64,000 bases of DNA from NCBI GenBank assembly GCA_963718235.1, contig CAVQYR010000001.1, positions 2,112,001 through 2,176,000 on the forward strand, written 5' to 3'. A program made the position numbers and the translations under genes. This document shows, one piece after another, positions 20,882 to 29,342 of this stretch (position 1 is its first letter; the number at the start of each line of letters is the position of its first letter). The notes beneath the pieces were generated by a model. It was not told the origin of the DNA, made no database searches, and saw nothing but the letters and a program-made list of their open reading frames with translations. The DNA is from an uncultured Actinomycetota bacterium (lineage in GTDB: Bacteria; Actinomycetota; Actinomycetes; JAHEKZ01).

Positions 20882-23389
20882 ATGGGTCGGTTGTCACAGT
20901 GGGCGGTACGCCGTCCGTGGTACGCGCTGCTGACCTGGGTGCTCCTGATGGTCGTCGTCGGGGTGGTCGGTACCCAGTGGGGCGGCAGCTACAACGACAA
21001 CTTCGAGCTCCCCGACACCGAGTCCACCACCGCCCAGGACCTGCTCGGGCAGCTGTCCGGCGGCGCCGGCACCGGGGCGGGGCTCGACGGCCAGGTCGTG
21101 TGGACCTCTGAGTCCGGGAACGCCACCGACGCGCCCACCGCGGCCGCCATGACGGCGGTGTTCGACGAGCTCGCCCAGGCACCCGGGGTGGCGTGCGTGA
21201 CCACTCCCTTTGGTGACCCGCAGGGCTCCGCGTGCCCCCCGGCGCCACCGAGCCAGGACGGCGCGGGCGAACCGGGCCAAGGGGGACAGCCCGACGCCGA
21301 GCCGGGTGGCGCGCAGGGTGACGGCTCCGGCCAGCCACCGTCGGCTGAAGCACTCGGAGCGCTGGCGCACTTCGGCCAGGCCGGGGTCAGCCCCGACGGG
21401 TCGGTGGCCTATGGGACGGTCACATTCACCGGGTCGACCTTCGACGACGTCGACACCCAACAGCTGACCGATGCGCTGGATCTCGTCAAGGCCCAGGACG
21501 GCGAGGATGGGCTGGAGGTCGGCGCGAACGGCATCTTCGGGTTCGTGGCCGGCGAGCCACCGTCGTCGGAGGGCATCGGGGTCACCGTCGCCCTGGTGAT
21601 CCTGCTGTTCGCGTTCGGCTCGATCCTCGGGGCGTTCCTGCCGATCGTCTCCGCCGTCCTGTCAGTGGCGCTGACCACGGCGTTCGCACTTCCTCTGGTG
21701 GCCCGGTACTTCGACGTCGCCACCTTCGCCCCGATCCTCGCGTCGATGATCGGCCTCGGCGTCGGTATCGACTACTCGTTGTTCGTCATCAACCGCTACC
21801 GCGACGCGATGATCCACGGGCGCGAGCCGCGCGAGGCAGCGCTGGAGTCGGTGCGCACCTCGGGGCGAGCCGTCCAGTTCGCCGCGGCCACGGTGATCAT
21901 CGCGCTACTCGGCCTGTTCGTGCTGCAGATCACCTTCTTCAACGGCATTGCGGTTTCCGCGGCCGTCACCGTCTTCATGGTCATGCTCGGCGCGCTGCTC
22001 CTGCTGCCCGCGGTGCTCGGCATCCTCGGCACGTGGGCCTTCGTCGGGCGCATGGCGTGGATCAAGGACGAGGAGGCCCTTCCACGCAAGCGGCTGTCCG
22101 GTGTCCCGCACGCGCTCGGCCGGTTCATGCGCTGGCTCGGCTGGGTGCTCTACCTGCCCGTGACGTTGATCGGGCTGCTGTGGCGGGCCGTCGTCCACCG
22201 CGGCAAGGCGCCAGATCCCACGCGACCCAACGGCTTCGCGCGCTACGGAAACTGGCTGCAGCACCGACCGTGGGTGACCGGAATCCTGGCCCTCGCGGTC
22301 ATGCTCATCATCGCGATCCCGCTGCTCTCGCTGCGCCAAGGCTTCTCCGACGACTCCGGCGCCCCCGAGGGCAGCCCGCCGCGCATCGCCTACGACCTCA
22401 CCGCACAGGGCTTCGGGCCGGGGGTCAACGGCCCGTTCTACATCGCGGTGAAGCTGCCCGAGGCCGGCGACCAGGCGTCGGTCACGGCCCTGACCGACGC
22501 ACTGAACACCACTCCGGGAGTCGCCCTCGCGGTGGCGCCGCCCGTCGCACCCGATGCCACGGTCGCCCCGATCCAGCTGTACCCGACGACCGCCCCGCAG
22601 GACGAGGCGACCACCCAGCTGCTCAACGAGCTTCGTGACACGGTGATCCCGGAGGCGACCGCCGACTCCGGGGCCCAGGCCTACGTGGGCGGCTTCCAGG
22701 CCGTGACCGCCGACTTCACCGACGTGCTGTCCTCGGCGCTCCCCTGGTTCCTGCTGGTCGTCGTCGGGCTGGGCTTCCTGGCCCTCGTCGTGCTGTTCCG
22801 GTCGATCCTCGTGCCACTCATGGGGGTACTGTTCAGCCTGCTCAGCTTCGGCGCCGCGATGGGCATCACCGTCGCAGTCTTCCAGTGGGGCTGGTTCGCC
22901 GACCTGATCAACGTGCAGTCGACCGGCCCGATCTTCCCGTTCCTGCCGATCATGGTCTTCTCGATCCTGTTCGGCCTGTCCTGCGACTACCAGGTCTTCC
23001 TGGTCAGCCGTATGCACGAGGAGTGGACGGTCAGCCAGGACAACCGCCGCGCAGTGCGACGCGGTCTGGCCGGCTCCGGTCGCGTCGTGGCGATCGCCGC
23101 GGCGATCATGACCAGCGTCTTCGGCGCCTTCGTGCTCGGCAACGACGCGACGATCAAGCTGTTCGGCGTCGCACTGTCGACGGCGGTGCTGCTCGACGCG
23201 TTCATCGTTCGGCTCGTGCTGGTGCCGTCGGTCATGACGATTCTCGGCCCGGTCAACTGGTGGCTGCCCGGTTGGCTGTCCAAGGTGCTCCCGCACGTCA
23301 GTGTCGAGTCCGAGGAGGACGCGCTGGCCGGCGACGCCGAGATCGTCGACATCGCGGACGCCGAAGACGACCTGGCGGTCAAGGCCTGA
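20882..23389 (+). CDS. MMPL-family (RND) transporter
   Basis: GGAGGG RBS; IGLGVGIDYSLF, GFGPGVNGP, LFGLSCDYQVFLVSRM, DAFIVRLVLVP. Confidence 0.95.
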   Translation: MGRLSQWAVRRPWYALLTWVLLMVVVGVVGTQWGGSYNDNFELPDTESTTAQDLLGQLSGGAGTGAGLDGQVVWTSESGNATDAPTAAAMTAVFDELAQAPGVACVTTPFGDPQGSACPPAPPSQDGAGEPGQGGQPDAEPGGAQGDGSGQPPSAEALGALAHFGQAGVSPDGSVAYGTVTFTGSTFDDVDTQQLTDALDLVKAQDGEDGLEVGANGIFGFVAGEPPSSEGIGVTVALVILLFAFGSILGAFLPIVSAVLSVALTTAFALPLVARYFDVATFAPILASMIGLGVGIDYSLFVINRYRDAMIHGREPREAALESVRTSGRAVQFAAATVIIALLGLFVLQITFFNGIAVSAAVTVFMVMLGALLLLPAVLGILGTWAFVGRMAWIKDEEALPRKRLSGVPHALGRFMRWLGWVLYLPVTLIGLLWRAVVHRGKAPDPTRPNGFARYGNWLQHRPWVTGILALAVMLIIAIPLLSLRQGFSDDSGAPEGSPPRIAYDLTAQGFGPGVNGPFYIAVKLPEAGDQASVTALTDALNTTPGVALAVAPPVAPDATVAPIQLYPTTAPQDEATTQLLNELRDTVIPEATADSGAQAYVGGFQAVTADFTDVLSSALPWFLLVVVGLGFLALVVLFRSILVPLMGVLFSLLSFGAAMGITVAVFQWGWFADLINVQSTGPIFPFLPIMVFSILFGLSCDYQVFLVSRMHEEWTVSQDNRRAVRRGLAGSGRVVAIAAAIMTSVFGAFVLGNDATIKLFGVALSTAVLLDAFIVRLVLVPSVMTILGPVNWWLPGWLSKVLPHVSVESEEDALAGDAEIVDIADAEDDLAVKA

Positions 23390-23517
23390 GCGGTCAGGAC
23401 ACGCTCTCCTGCACGTGGGCGGACTGCCACCGTTTCAGCTCGGCCAGCCAGCCGAGGGCACCGATCTCCTGGTACGTCTGCGCGGCGTGCCGGAGCGACC
23501 GGTGCGCGTGGGTCCGA

Positions 23518-24225
23518 TCAGGGGACGAGGGCGACCACGCGGGCCGGGAAGCCCGACCCGTCGACGATCCGCGGCACACCGACGACCACCCAGGCGCCGG
23601 TCGGGGGAACCTGGTCGAGGTTCACCAGGTTCTCCAGGTGCCACACGCCACGGGGCAGGGACACGTCCTGGTGCACCGGGGTGTCGAACGCCGACCCCGG
23701 GTCGATACCCAGCGTGTCGACGCCCAGCCCCACAACACCACGGTCCTCGACGAGCAGCCGGGCAGCAGGCACCCCGAACCCGGGGAAGTGCAGGTCCCGA
23801 GGGTCCTCGGTGCGGCTCCCCCGGTACGACGCCACGTCGTGGCGCCGTGCGTCCCACCCGGTGCGCAGGAACACGGCTGAGCCCGTCGGGACCCAGCCGT
23901 GGAGTTGCTCGTGGGCAGTGACGTGCTCGACCGTGAGCACGGCGTCGGCGTCGTCGCCGATCTCGGCGGAGATGTCGATCACCACGACCGGGCGGACCAG
24001 CTGGTCGGCCGGGATGTCCGCCACCGAGAGCCCTCCCGGGGCGTAGTGGCACGGCGCATCCAGGTGAGTGCCGACGTGCTCAGGCAGGCTGAGCCGGCGG
24101 CTGTACGACGTGCCGGTGTCGAAGGAGTCCACCACCTGGGCCTCGATCGGGGACTCCCCCGGCCACAGCACGGTGTCACCCGACAGGGGCGCTGACAGGT
24201 CAACCACGGTCGCGTTGCTCAGCAT
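23518..24225 (-). CDS. Cyclase-family metal hydrolase (kynurenine formamidase-like)
   Basis: VDLS.P, EHVGTHLDAPCH, RTGW, GVDTLGID, LENLVNL. Confidence 0.92.
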   Translation of the reverse strand: MLSNATVVDLSAPLSGDTVLWPGESPIEAQVVDSFDTGTSYSRRLSLPEHVGTHLDAPCHYAPGGLSVADIPADQLVRPVVVIDISAEIGDDADAVLTVEHVTAHEQLHGWVPTGSAVFLRTGWDARRHDVASYRGSRTEDPRDLHFPGFGVPAARLLVEDRGVVGLGVDTLGIDPGSAFDTPVHQDVSLPRGVWHLENLVNLDQVPPTGAWVVVGVPRIVDGSGFPARVVALVP

Positions 24226-24281
24226 CCGCCCAGTGTGCCCGCTCACCGCCCTTTCGCGCCCGATCCGGCCCGATTCGGGCG

Positions 24282-25103
24282 CTATCGGGCGCGAACGGCC
24301 TGCAGGGTGTAGCTGGCGGCCAGGCGCCACGGCCGCTCGGACAAGCGGAACTCACCGTTCTCGAGCCGGTCCATCCGTCCGGGCAGGGCATCCCAGGGGA
24401 CGGTGTCGTGCTCGACGAGCGAGGTGAGCTGCATCCCCGCCTCGTGCAGGGCGGTCACGACCTCGCCGAGCCCATGGTTCCAGCTGTGGGTCACGTTCTG
24501 GGTGAAGGTGCGGTCGGTCTCCACGTATGTCCCGGGGTCGTCGTCGACGAGCGGCTCGGGACGCTCGAAGTAGGGGTAGTCGACGACGAGCCCCTCCTGC
24601 ATCTCGTCGAGCGCCCAGAGCATGGGGTGGCCCTCGCGGATGAACAGCCGGCCTCCAGGACGCAGGAGCTGCGCGACGACGCTCGCCCACCGGCGGATGT
24701 CGGGCAACCAGCACAGGGCACCGACGCCGGTGAAGACGAGGTCGAACGTACGGCCCGCGAGGGCGGCAGGCGCGTCGTAGACGTCGGACCGGACGTAGTC
24801 GATCGCTGTCCCACACGCTTCGGCGATCCTGCGTGCCTCCCCCAACGAGGCCGCCGAGAAGTCCAGCCCGGTCATCCGCGCCCCGAGCCGGGCCAGCGAC
24901 AGGGTGTCGGTGCCGATGTGGCACTGGAGGTGGACACCGCTCAGGCCGGCGATGTCGCCCAGGAGCCGGCGGTCGAACGCGACGACGTGGCTCAGGTAGG
25001 TCGGGTCGGTCAGAAAGCGCTCGACGGCGTAGTCCGGAGACGCGGCATGGGCGTTCGCGCGGTCGTCCCAGTTGGCTGCGTTCACGACTCGGTAGTCATC
25101 CAT
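24282..25103 (-). CDS. Class I SAM-dependent methyltransferase
   Basis: NAANWDDRA, HLQCHIGTDTLSLAR, GALCWLPD, LRPGGRLF. Confidence 0.93.
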   Translation of the reverse strand: MDDYRVVNAANWDDRANAHAASPDYAVERFLTDPTYLSHVVAFDRRLLGDIAGLSGVHLQCHIGTDTLSLARLGARMTGLDFSAASLGEARRIAEACGTAIDYVRSDVYDAPAALAGRTFDLVFTGVGALCWLPDIRRWASVVAQLLRPGGRLFIREGHPMLWALDEMQEGLVVDYPYFERPEPLVDDDPGTYVETDRTFTQNVTHSWNHGLGEVVTALHEAGMQLTSLVEHDTVPWDALPGRMDRLENGEFRLSERPWRLAASYTLQAVRAR

Positions 25104-25206
25104 GCCCGAACCGTGCCACATCTACGCCGTCCCGCGCCGCGGACTTTCGGGCTGAGGCCGGGCTACGACGCCGGGTCTACCCGGAGACCCCGGCCGGAAG
25201 GCCGGA

Positions 25207-25233
25207 CTCAAGTACGCGCCGCGACCTGCCGAC
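25207..25233 (+). promoter_or_regulatory. Candidate FliA/WhiG (sigma-28)-type promoter
   Basis: CTCA-N17-GCCGAC, about 95 nt upstream of ATG 25330. Confidence 0.5.
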
Positions 25234-25329
25234 CTCTGTTGAAGGGCGGGTCTGATCGGGGCGCGCCAGCAGAGGTGCACCGCACTCGGGGGAGCCGCGG
25301 GCGCCATTCCTAGGACAGAAGGGTCCGCC

Positions 25330-25830
25330 ATGCACGCCAACCGCAAGCGTTTCACTCTGATCGCCTCCACGATGGCCGCGGTCCTGGTCGGTGGCGGCGT
25401 GGCCGTCGCCTTCTGGACGACCACCGGCACCGGAACCGGAGCCGGCACAGTCGGCGCCGGTACCACGCAGGTGACCGTCGTCCAGGACTCCACCGTCTCC
25501 GGGCTCGTTCCCGGCGGCCCGGCCCAGGACCTCGACTTCACCGTCAGCAACCCCACAAGTGGTCCGCTGCAGATCAGCGGTGTCTCGGTCTCGGTCGCCG
25601 TCGCCAGCTCACCGGGTACCTGTACTCCGGCTGACTTCTCAGTGACCCAGCCATCGAAGCCCTCCGGCGGCACGCCGCTCCAGGTCCCGGCCGGTGGGTC
25701 GCTGTCCTTCACCTCTGCCGGTGTCGGAGCCACCGGTGGTACCGGTGCCGAGATCGCCATGGTTAACAGCGGCTCGAACCAGAACGGCTGCAAGGGCGCC
25801 ACGCTCGACCTGACCTACACCGTCAGCTGA
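25330..25830 (+). CDS. Putative fibre subunit with a SipW-class-like signal peptide (TasA/camelysin-like)
   Basis: MHANRKR-hydrophobic-GGGVAVA|FWTTTGTGTG; LVPG, V.NP, two Cys, MVN...NQ..CKGAT. Confidence 0.75.
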   Translation: MHANRKRFTLIASTMAAVLVGGGVAVAFWTTTGTGTGAGTVGAGTTQVTVVQDSTVSGLVPGGPAQDLDFTVSNPTSGPLQISGVSVSVAVASSPGTCTPADFSVTQPSKPSGGTPLQVPAGGSLSFTSAGVGATGGTGAEIAMVNSGSNQNGCKGATLDLTYTVS

Positions 25831-25842
25831 CCCCGCACCGCC

Positions 25843-26400
25843 ATGTCGGAGGGCAGGGATCGCCAGGTCCAACCTGGGTCGATCCCTGCCCTCCGACGGC
25901 TGCGGCCGGTTCCCTGGGTCGTGATGACGGGCTTGGTCCTCAGCCTTCTCGTCGGATCAATCGGGCACACCGACCCCCGCCCACCGAGCAGCGCGGCACC
26001 CCCTGACGGAGTCATCCTCGGCTTCGACGACTCCGCATCGGCGGCCCAACGGGCGAAGCCCCACCTGTCCCTGAAGTCGAAGGTGCTGAACGGCCCGCTC
26101 GTCCCAGGAATCTCGCGACCGCTGGTCGTCACGGTCAAGAACCCCTTCGGGTTCTCGGTCAAGGTGACCTCGGTCAAGGCGGTCACCCGAACCACGTCCG
26201 TCGCCGGGTGCACCCGCGGGTGGTTCAAGGTCAAGCCGTTCAAGTCCAGCAAGAAGCGTCCACCCCTGTCCGTGCGTGCCCACAAACGCGCGAGCCTGAA
26301 GATGAAGATCCGCATGGTCAACCTGCTCACGGTGAACCAGGACGCGTGCAAGTCGGCCACGTTCCAGCTCGCCCTCTCGGCCAAGGCCAGGCGGGCATGA
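25843..26400 (+). CDS. Basic paralogue of the fibre subunit with an N-terminal hydrophobic segment
   Basis: Shares LVPG, V.NP, C....F.V, PL.V.A and I.MVN...NQDACK.AT with 25330-25830. Start uncertain. Confidence 0.7.
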   Translation: MSEGRDRQVQPGSIPALRRLRPVPWVVMTGLVLSLLVGSIGHTDPRPPSSAAPPDGVILGFDDSASAAQRAKPHLSLKSKVLNGPLVPGISRPLVVTVKNPFGFSVKVTSVKAVTRTTSVAGCTRGWFKVKPFKSSKKRPPLSVRAHKRASLKMKIRMVNLLTVNQDACKSATFQLALSAKARRA

Positions 26401-29342
26401 GCGGATCCGTTGTCGCCGGCAGCCTGCGCGCCCGCGCCTTGTGGCTGCTCGCCGCCACCTTCGCGGCCACGGCCCTTCTCGCCATGGGCGCAACCATCGC
26501 CTGGGCCCACTGGGGAACGGCCGGCTCGGGCGACGGAACGGCCAGCGTCGCGACGCTGGACTCACCAGCGACCGTCTCCGTCTCGTCGACCACGTCGACG
26601 GTCTCGGTGTCCTGGTCAGCGGTCACTCCCCCGACGGGAACGCTCGCCGGCTACTACGTCACGAGGTACTCCGGCTCCACCCCGCTCTTCGCGTGTGGCA
26701 CAGACCCGGGTACACCGGCAACGTTCGTCAGCGGTACGACATGCGACGACACGGGCGTGGTCGACGGCACGTACACCTACCGCGTGACCGCAGTGTTCCG
26801 CACCTGGACGGCCACCAGCGGTGACAGCAACGTCGTCACGGTGGTGGGCGATGCGCTCCTCCCGTCCCAGTCGGTGGCCATGGCCCCAGGGGCGGTCAAC
26901 GCCGCCCTCACCGGCGCCACGATCTACTACCGGAGCGCGGCACCGGGAAGCTTCGCGATGGTCTCCACCGTCAGCGACGGCGAGTCCGGCCCGGCCTCGG
27001 CCACGTTCCCCGCCGTCAGTGCGTCCGGCTGGTCGCACGCGGCCGAGACGGTCAGCTCCGGCGTGCCCTCCGGCCCAGGGATTGCGTACACGAGCAGCAG
27101 CTACACCTGGACGGCGGGGGCCGTCGTCCCCGGGGCTCACTCGATCGTCGGGCGAGACGCGTCCGGCAACACCGTGACCACGACCCTCTCCTTCGCTGCC
27201 GACGACACCGCTCCCACGGGTGGGGCGCTCGTCGTGAACGGCGTCGCAGCAACGGCTGGTGGATCGACCAGCAGCGCGCGCGCCGCGTTCACGATCGGCG
27301 CCCGGACCGACTACGCCACCGATACCGGATCGGGCGTCTCCACCAGCACCTTGGTCCGTGAGTCCGCGACGCTGATCAACGGCACGTGCGGCGTGTTCGG
27401 CACCCCGGTCACGCTCGTGGGTGCGCCTGCCCAGTCAGGTCTCACGACCGCCTGCTACCGGTACACCCTCACCGGCACCGACCAGGTCGGCAACGCCACG
27501 AGCATCTCAACGATCGTCAGGTACGACGCGACCGCGCCGACCCAGACCGTCACCATGTCGGCGGCGACGAACGCCTCGATGACGGGGACGGTCATCTACT
27601 ACCGTGGCAGCGTTCCCGGGTCGTTCGTCCTGAACGCTGCCGTGACCGACCCGGCGTCCGGCCCGGCGTCGGTGACGTTCCCCGTGCAGAGCACCGCGGG
27701 CTGGACCCACCCCGCACAGACTGTCACGACAGGGACGGGGACAGCACCGACGATCACCTACTCGTCCACTACGTTCTCGTGGACGGCGGCCCCGACCCGC
27801 CCGGGTACGTACACGGTTACGGGACGAGACGGCGCTGCCAACACCGTGACGACTGCGCTGACCTGGAGGTCGGACACCACCGTGCCCGGTGGCAGCGCGC
27901 TCACCGTGAACGGAGTCGCCGCAAGCAACGCCGGGTCCACGAGCTTCAACCGAACCGGCTCGTTCACCATCGGGACCCGCACCGACTACACGGACACGGG
28001 CTCCGGCATCGCCTCGAGCATCTTGACCGTGCAGTCAGCGACCTTGACCAACAACGTCTGCGGCACCTACGGGTCAGCGACGGTGCTGACCGGAGCACCG
28101 GCCCAGTCGGGGCTGACCACGGGATGCTGGCGCTACGTGCTGACCGGGACCGACAAGGTCGGCAACGTGACCAGCCGCTCGACCACGGTCAAGGTCGACC
28201 AAGTGGCGCCCACGGGCGGCGCACTGACGGTCAACGGCACCGCAGCCAGCACGTCCGGGTCCACGAGCGGCGCCCGGACCACCTTCCCGATCGACGTCCG
28301 GACCGACTTCACCGACGCCGAGTCGGGCATCTCGACCAGCACGCTCACCAGGGCGTCGGCGACGTACTCCGCCGGCACCTGCGGCACCTACGGCGCGGCG
28401 ACGACCTTGACCGGGGCGCCCAGCCAGACCGGCCTGACCACCGCCTGCTACCGGTACACGCTGACCGGAACCGACCGGGCCGGCAACGCCACCGCGGTGT
28501 CGACGGTCGTGAGGTACGACTCGACGCTCCCGACCGGAGGCGCGCTGACGGTCAACGGGGTCGCCGCCTCGGCCGGCGGCAGCACCAGCACCTCGACCGC
28601 GCCGTCATTCACCATCGGCACCCGCACCGACTACACCGATGCCGGCTCCGGGCTCGCCTCGACCGTGCTGACCCGTGAGTTCGCCACGCTGACCGGTGCC
28701 ACCTGCGGCACCTATGGCGCGCCGACCGTCATCGCCGGCAACCCGGCTCAGTCGGGCCTGGCCACCGGGTGCTACCGGTACACGCTGACCGGAACAGACA
28801 ACGCCGGCAACGTCGCGTCGCTGACGACGACCGTCAGCGTGCGCCCGTACGTGACCGCGTTGTCTCTCGTCAGCGGTGGCGCCATCGCCGGTCGCGTCGA
28901 CGCTGGTGACCGAGTCGTCGTCACCTTCTCCGACACGATGGCCGTCGCCAGCATCTGCTCCACCTGGAGCGGCAACGGCGCCGACCAGCTGCTCAACGGT
29001 GACAACCAGGTCTCGGTCACCCTGACCAACGGCGGCGCCGGGAACGACACGATGACCGTCTCGTCGAGCGCCTGCGTCTTCTCGTTCGGCACGATCAACC
29101 TCGGCTCGACTGCCTACACCACGACCAACGTCACGTTCGCCGGGGCAGCGGCCAACAAGAGCACGGCTGCCTGGAGCGCCAGCGGACGGCAGCTCACGAT
29201 CACCCTGGGTGCGGCCTCCGGTGCGGGTGCCGCCACGGTGACCAGCAGCACCCCCGTGTACACGCCGGCCGCGGCGCTGACCAACCCCAGCGCCGTGCCT
29301 GTGGGCGGCACCTTCACCGGGGCTGCGGCGCGTCAGTTCTGA
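26397..29342 (+). CDS. Large secreted Thr/Gly/Ser-rich repeat protein (putative adhesin), 981 aa
   Basis: ATGA overlap; signal ...IAWA|HWGTAGSGDG; FN3-like domain; tandem Ig-like repeats ending YRYTLTGTD.(V/A)GN. Confidence 0.88.
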   Translation: MSGSVVAGSLRARALWLLAATFAATALLAMGATIAWAHWGTAGSGDGTASVATLDSPATVSVSSTTSTVSVSWSAVTPPTGTLAGYYVTRYSGSTPLFACGTDPGTPATFVSGTTCDDTGVVDGTYTYRVTAVFRTWTATSGDSNVVTVVGDALLPSQSVAMAPGAVNAALTGATIYYRSAAPGSFAMVSTVSDGESGPASATFPAVSASGWSHAAETVSSGVPSGPGIAYTSSSYTWTAGAVVPGAHSIVGRDASGNTVTTTLSFAADDTAPTGGALVVNGVAATAGGSTSSARAAFTIGARTDYATDTGSGVSTSTLVRESATLINGTCGVFGTPVTLVGAPAQSGLTTACYRYTLTGTDQVGNATSISTIVRYDATAPTQTVTMSAATNASMTGTVIYYRGSVPGSFVLNAAVTDPASGPASVTFPVQSTAGWTHPAQTVTTGTGTAPTITYSSTTFSWTAAPTRPGTYTVTGRDGAANTVTTALTWRSDTTVPGGSALTVNGVAASNAGSTSFNRTGSFTIGTRTDYTDTGSGIASSILTVQSATLTNNVCGTYGSATVLTGAPAQSGLTTGCWRYVLTGTDKVGNVTSRSTTVKVDQVAPTGGALTVNGTAASTSGSTSGARTTFPIDVRTDFTDAESGISTSTLTRASATYSAGTCGTYGAATTLTGAPSQTGLTTACYRYTLTGTDRAGNATAVSTVVRYDSTLPTGGALTVNGVAASAGGSTSTSTAPSFTIGTRTDYTDAGSGLASTVLTREFATLTGATCGTYGAPTVIAGNPAQSGLATGCYRYTLTGTDNAGNVASLTTTVSVRPYVTALSLVSGGAIAGRVDAGDRVVVTFSDTMAVASICSTWSGNGADQLLNGDNQVSVTLTNGGAGNDTMTVSSSACVFSFGTINLGSTAYTTTNVTFAGAAANKSTAAWSASGRQLTITLGAASGAGAATVTSSTPVYTPAAALTNPSAVPVGGTFTGAAARQF
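26860..28850 (+). repeat. Intragenic domain repeats in the order B-A-B-A-A-A
   Basis: A units (about 107 aa, P.GG.L.VNG...RTDY.D...C...C.RY) start near 27213, 27885, 28209 and 28530; B units (IYYR....GSF...SGPAS.TFP...GW.H) start near 26860 and 27535. Confidence 0.85.

Noticed and set aside
25130-25260. c-di-GMP-I riboswitch before the fibre operon
   Set aside because: Only a CCGGCC-GGAA-GGCCGG hairpin is present; GGCAAA and GACGCAAAG segments are absent.
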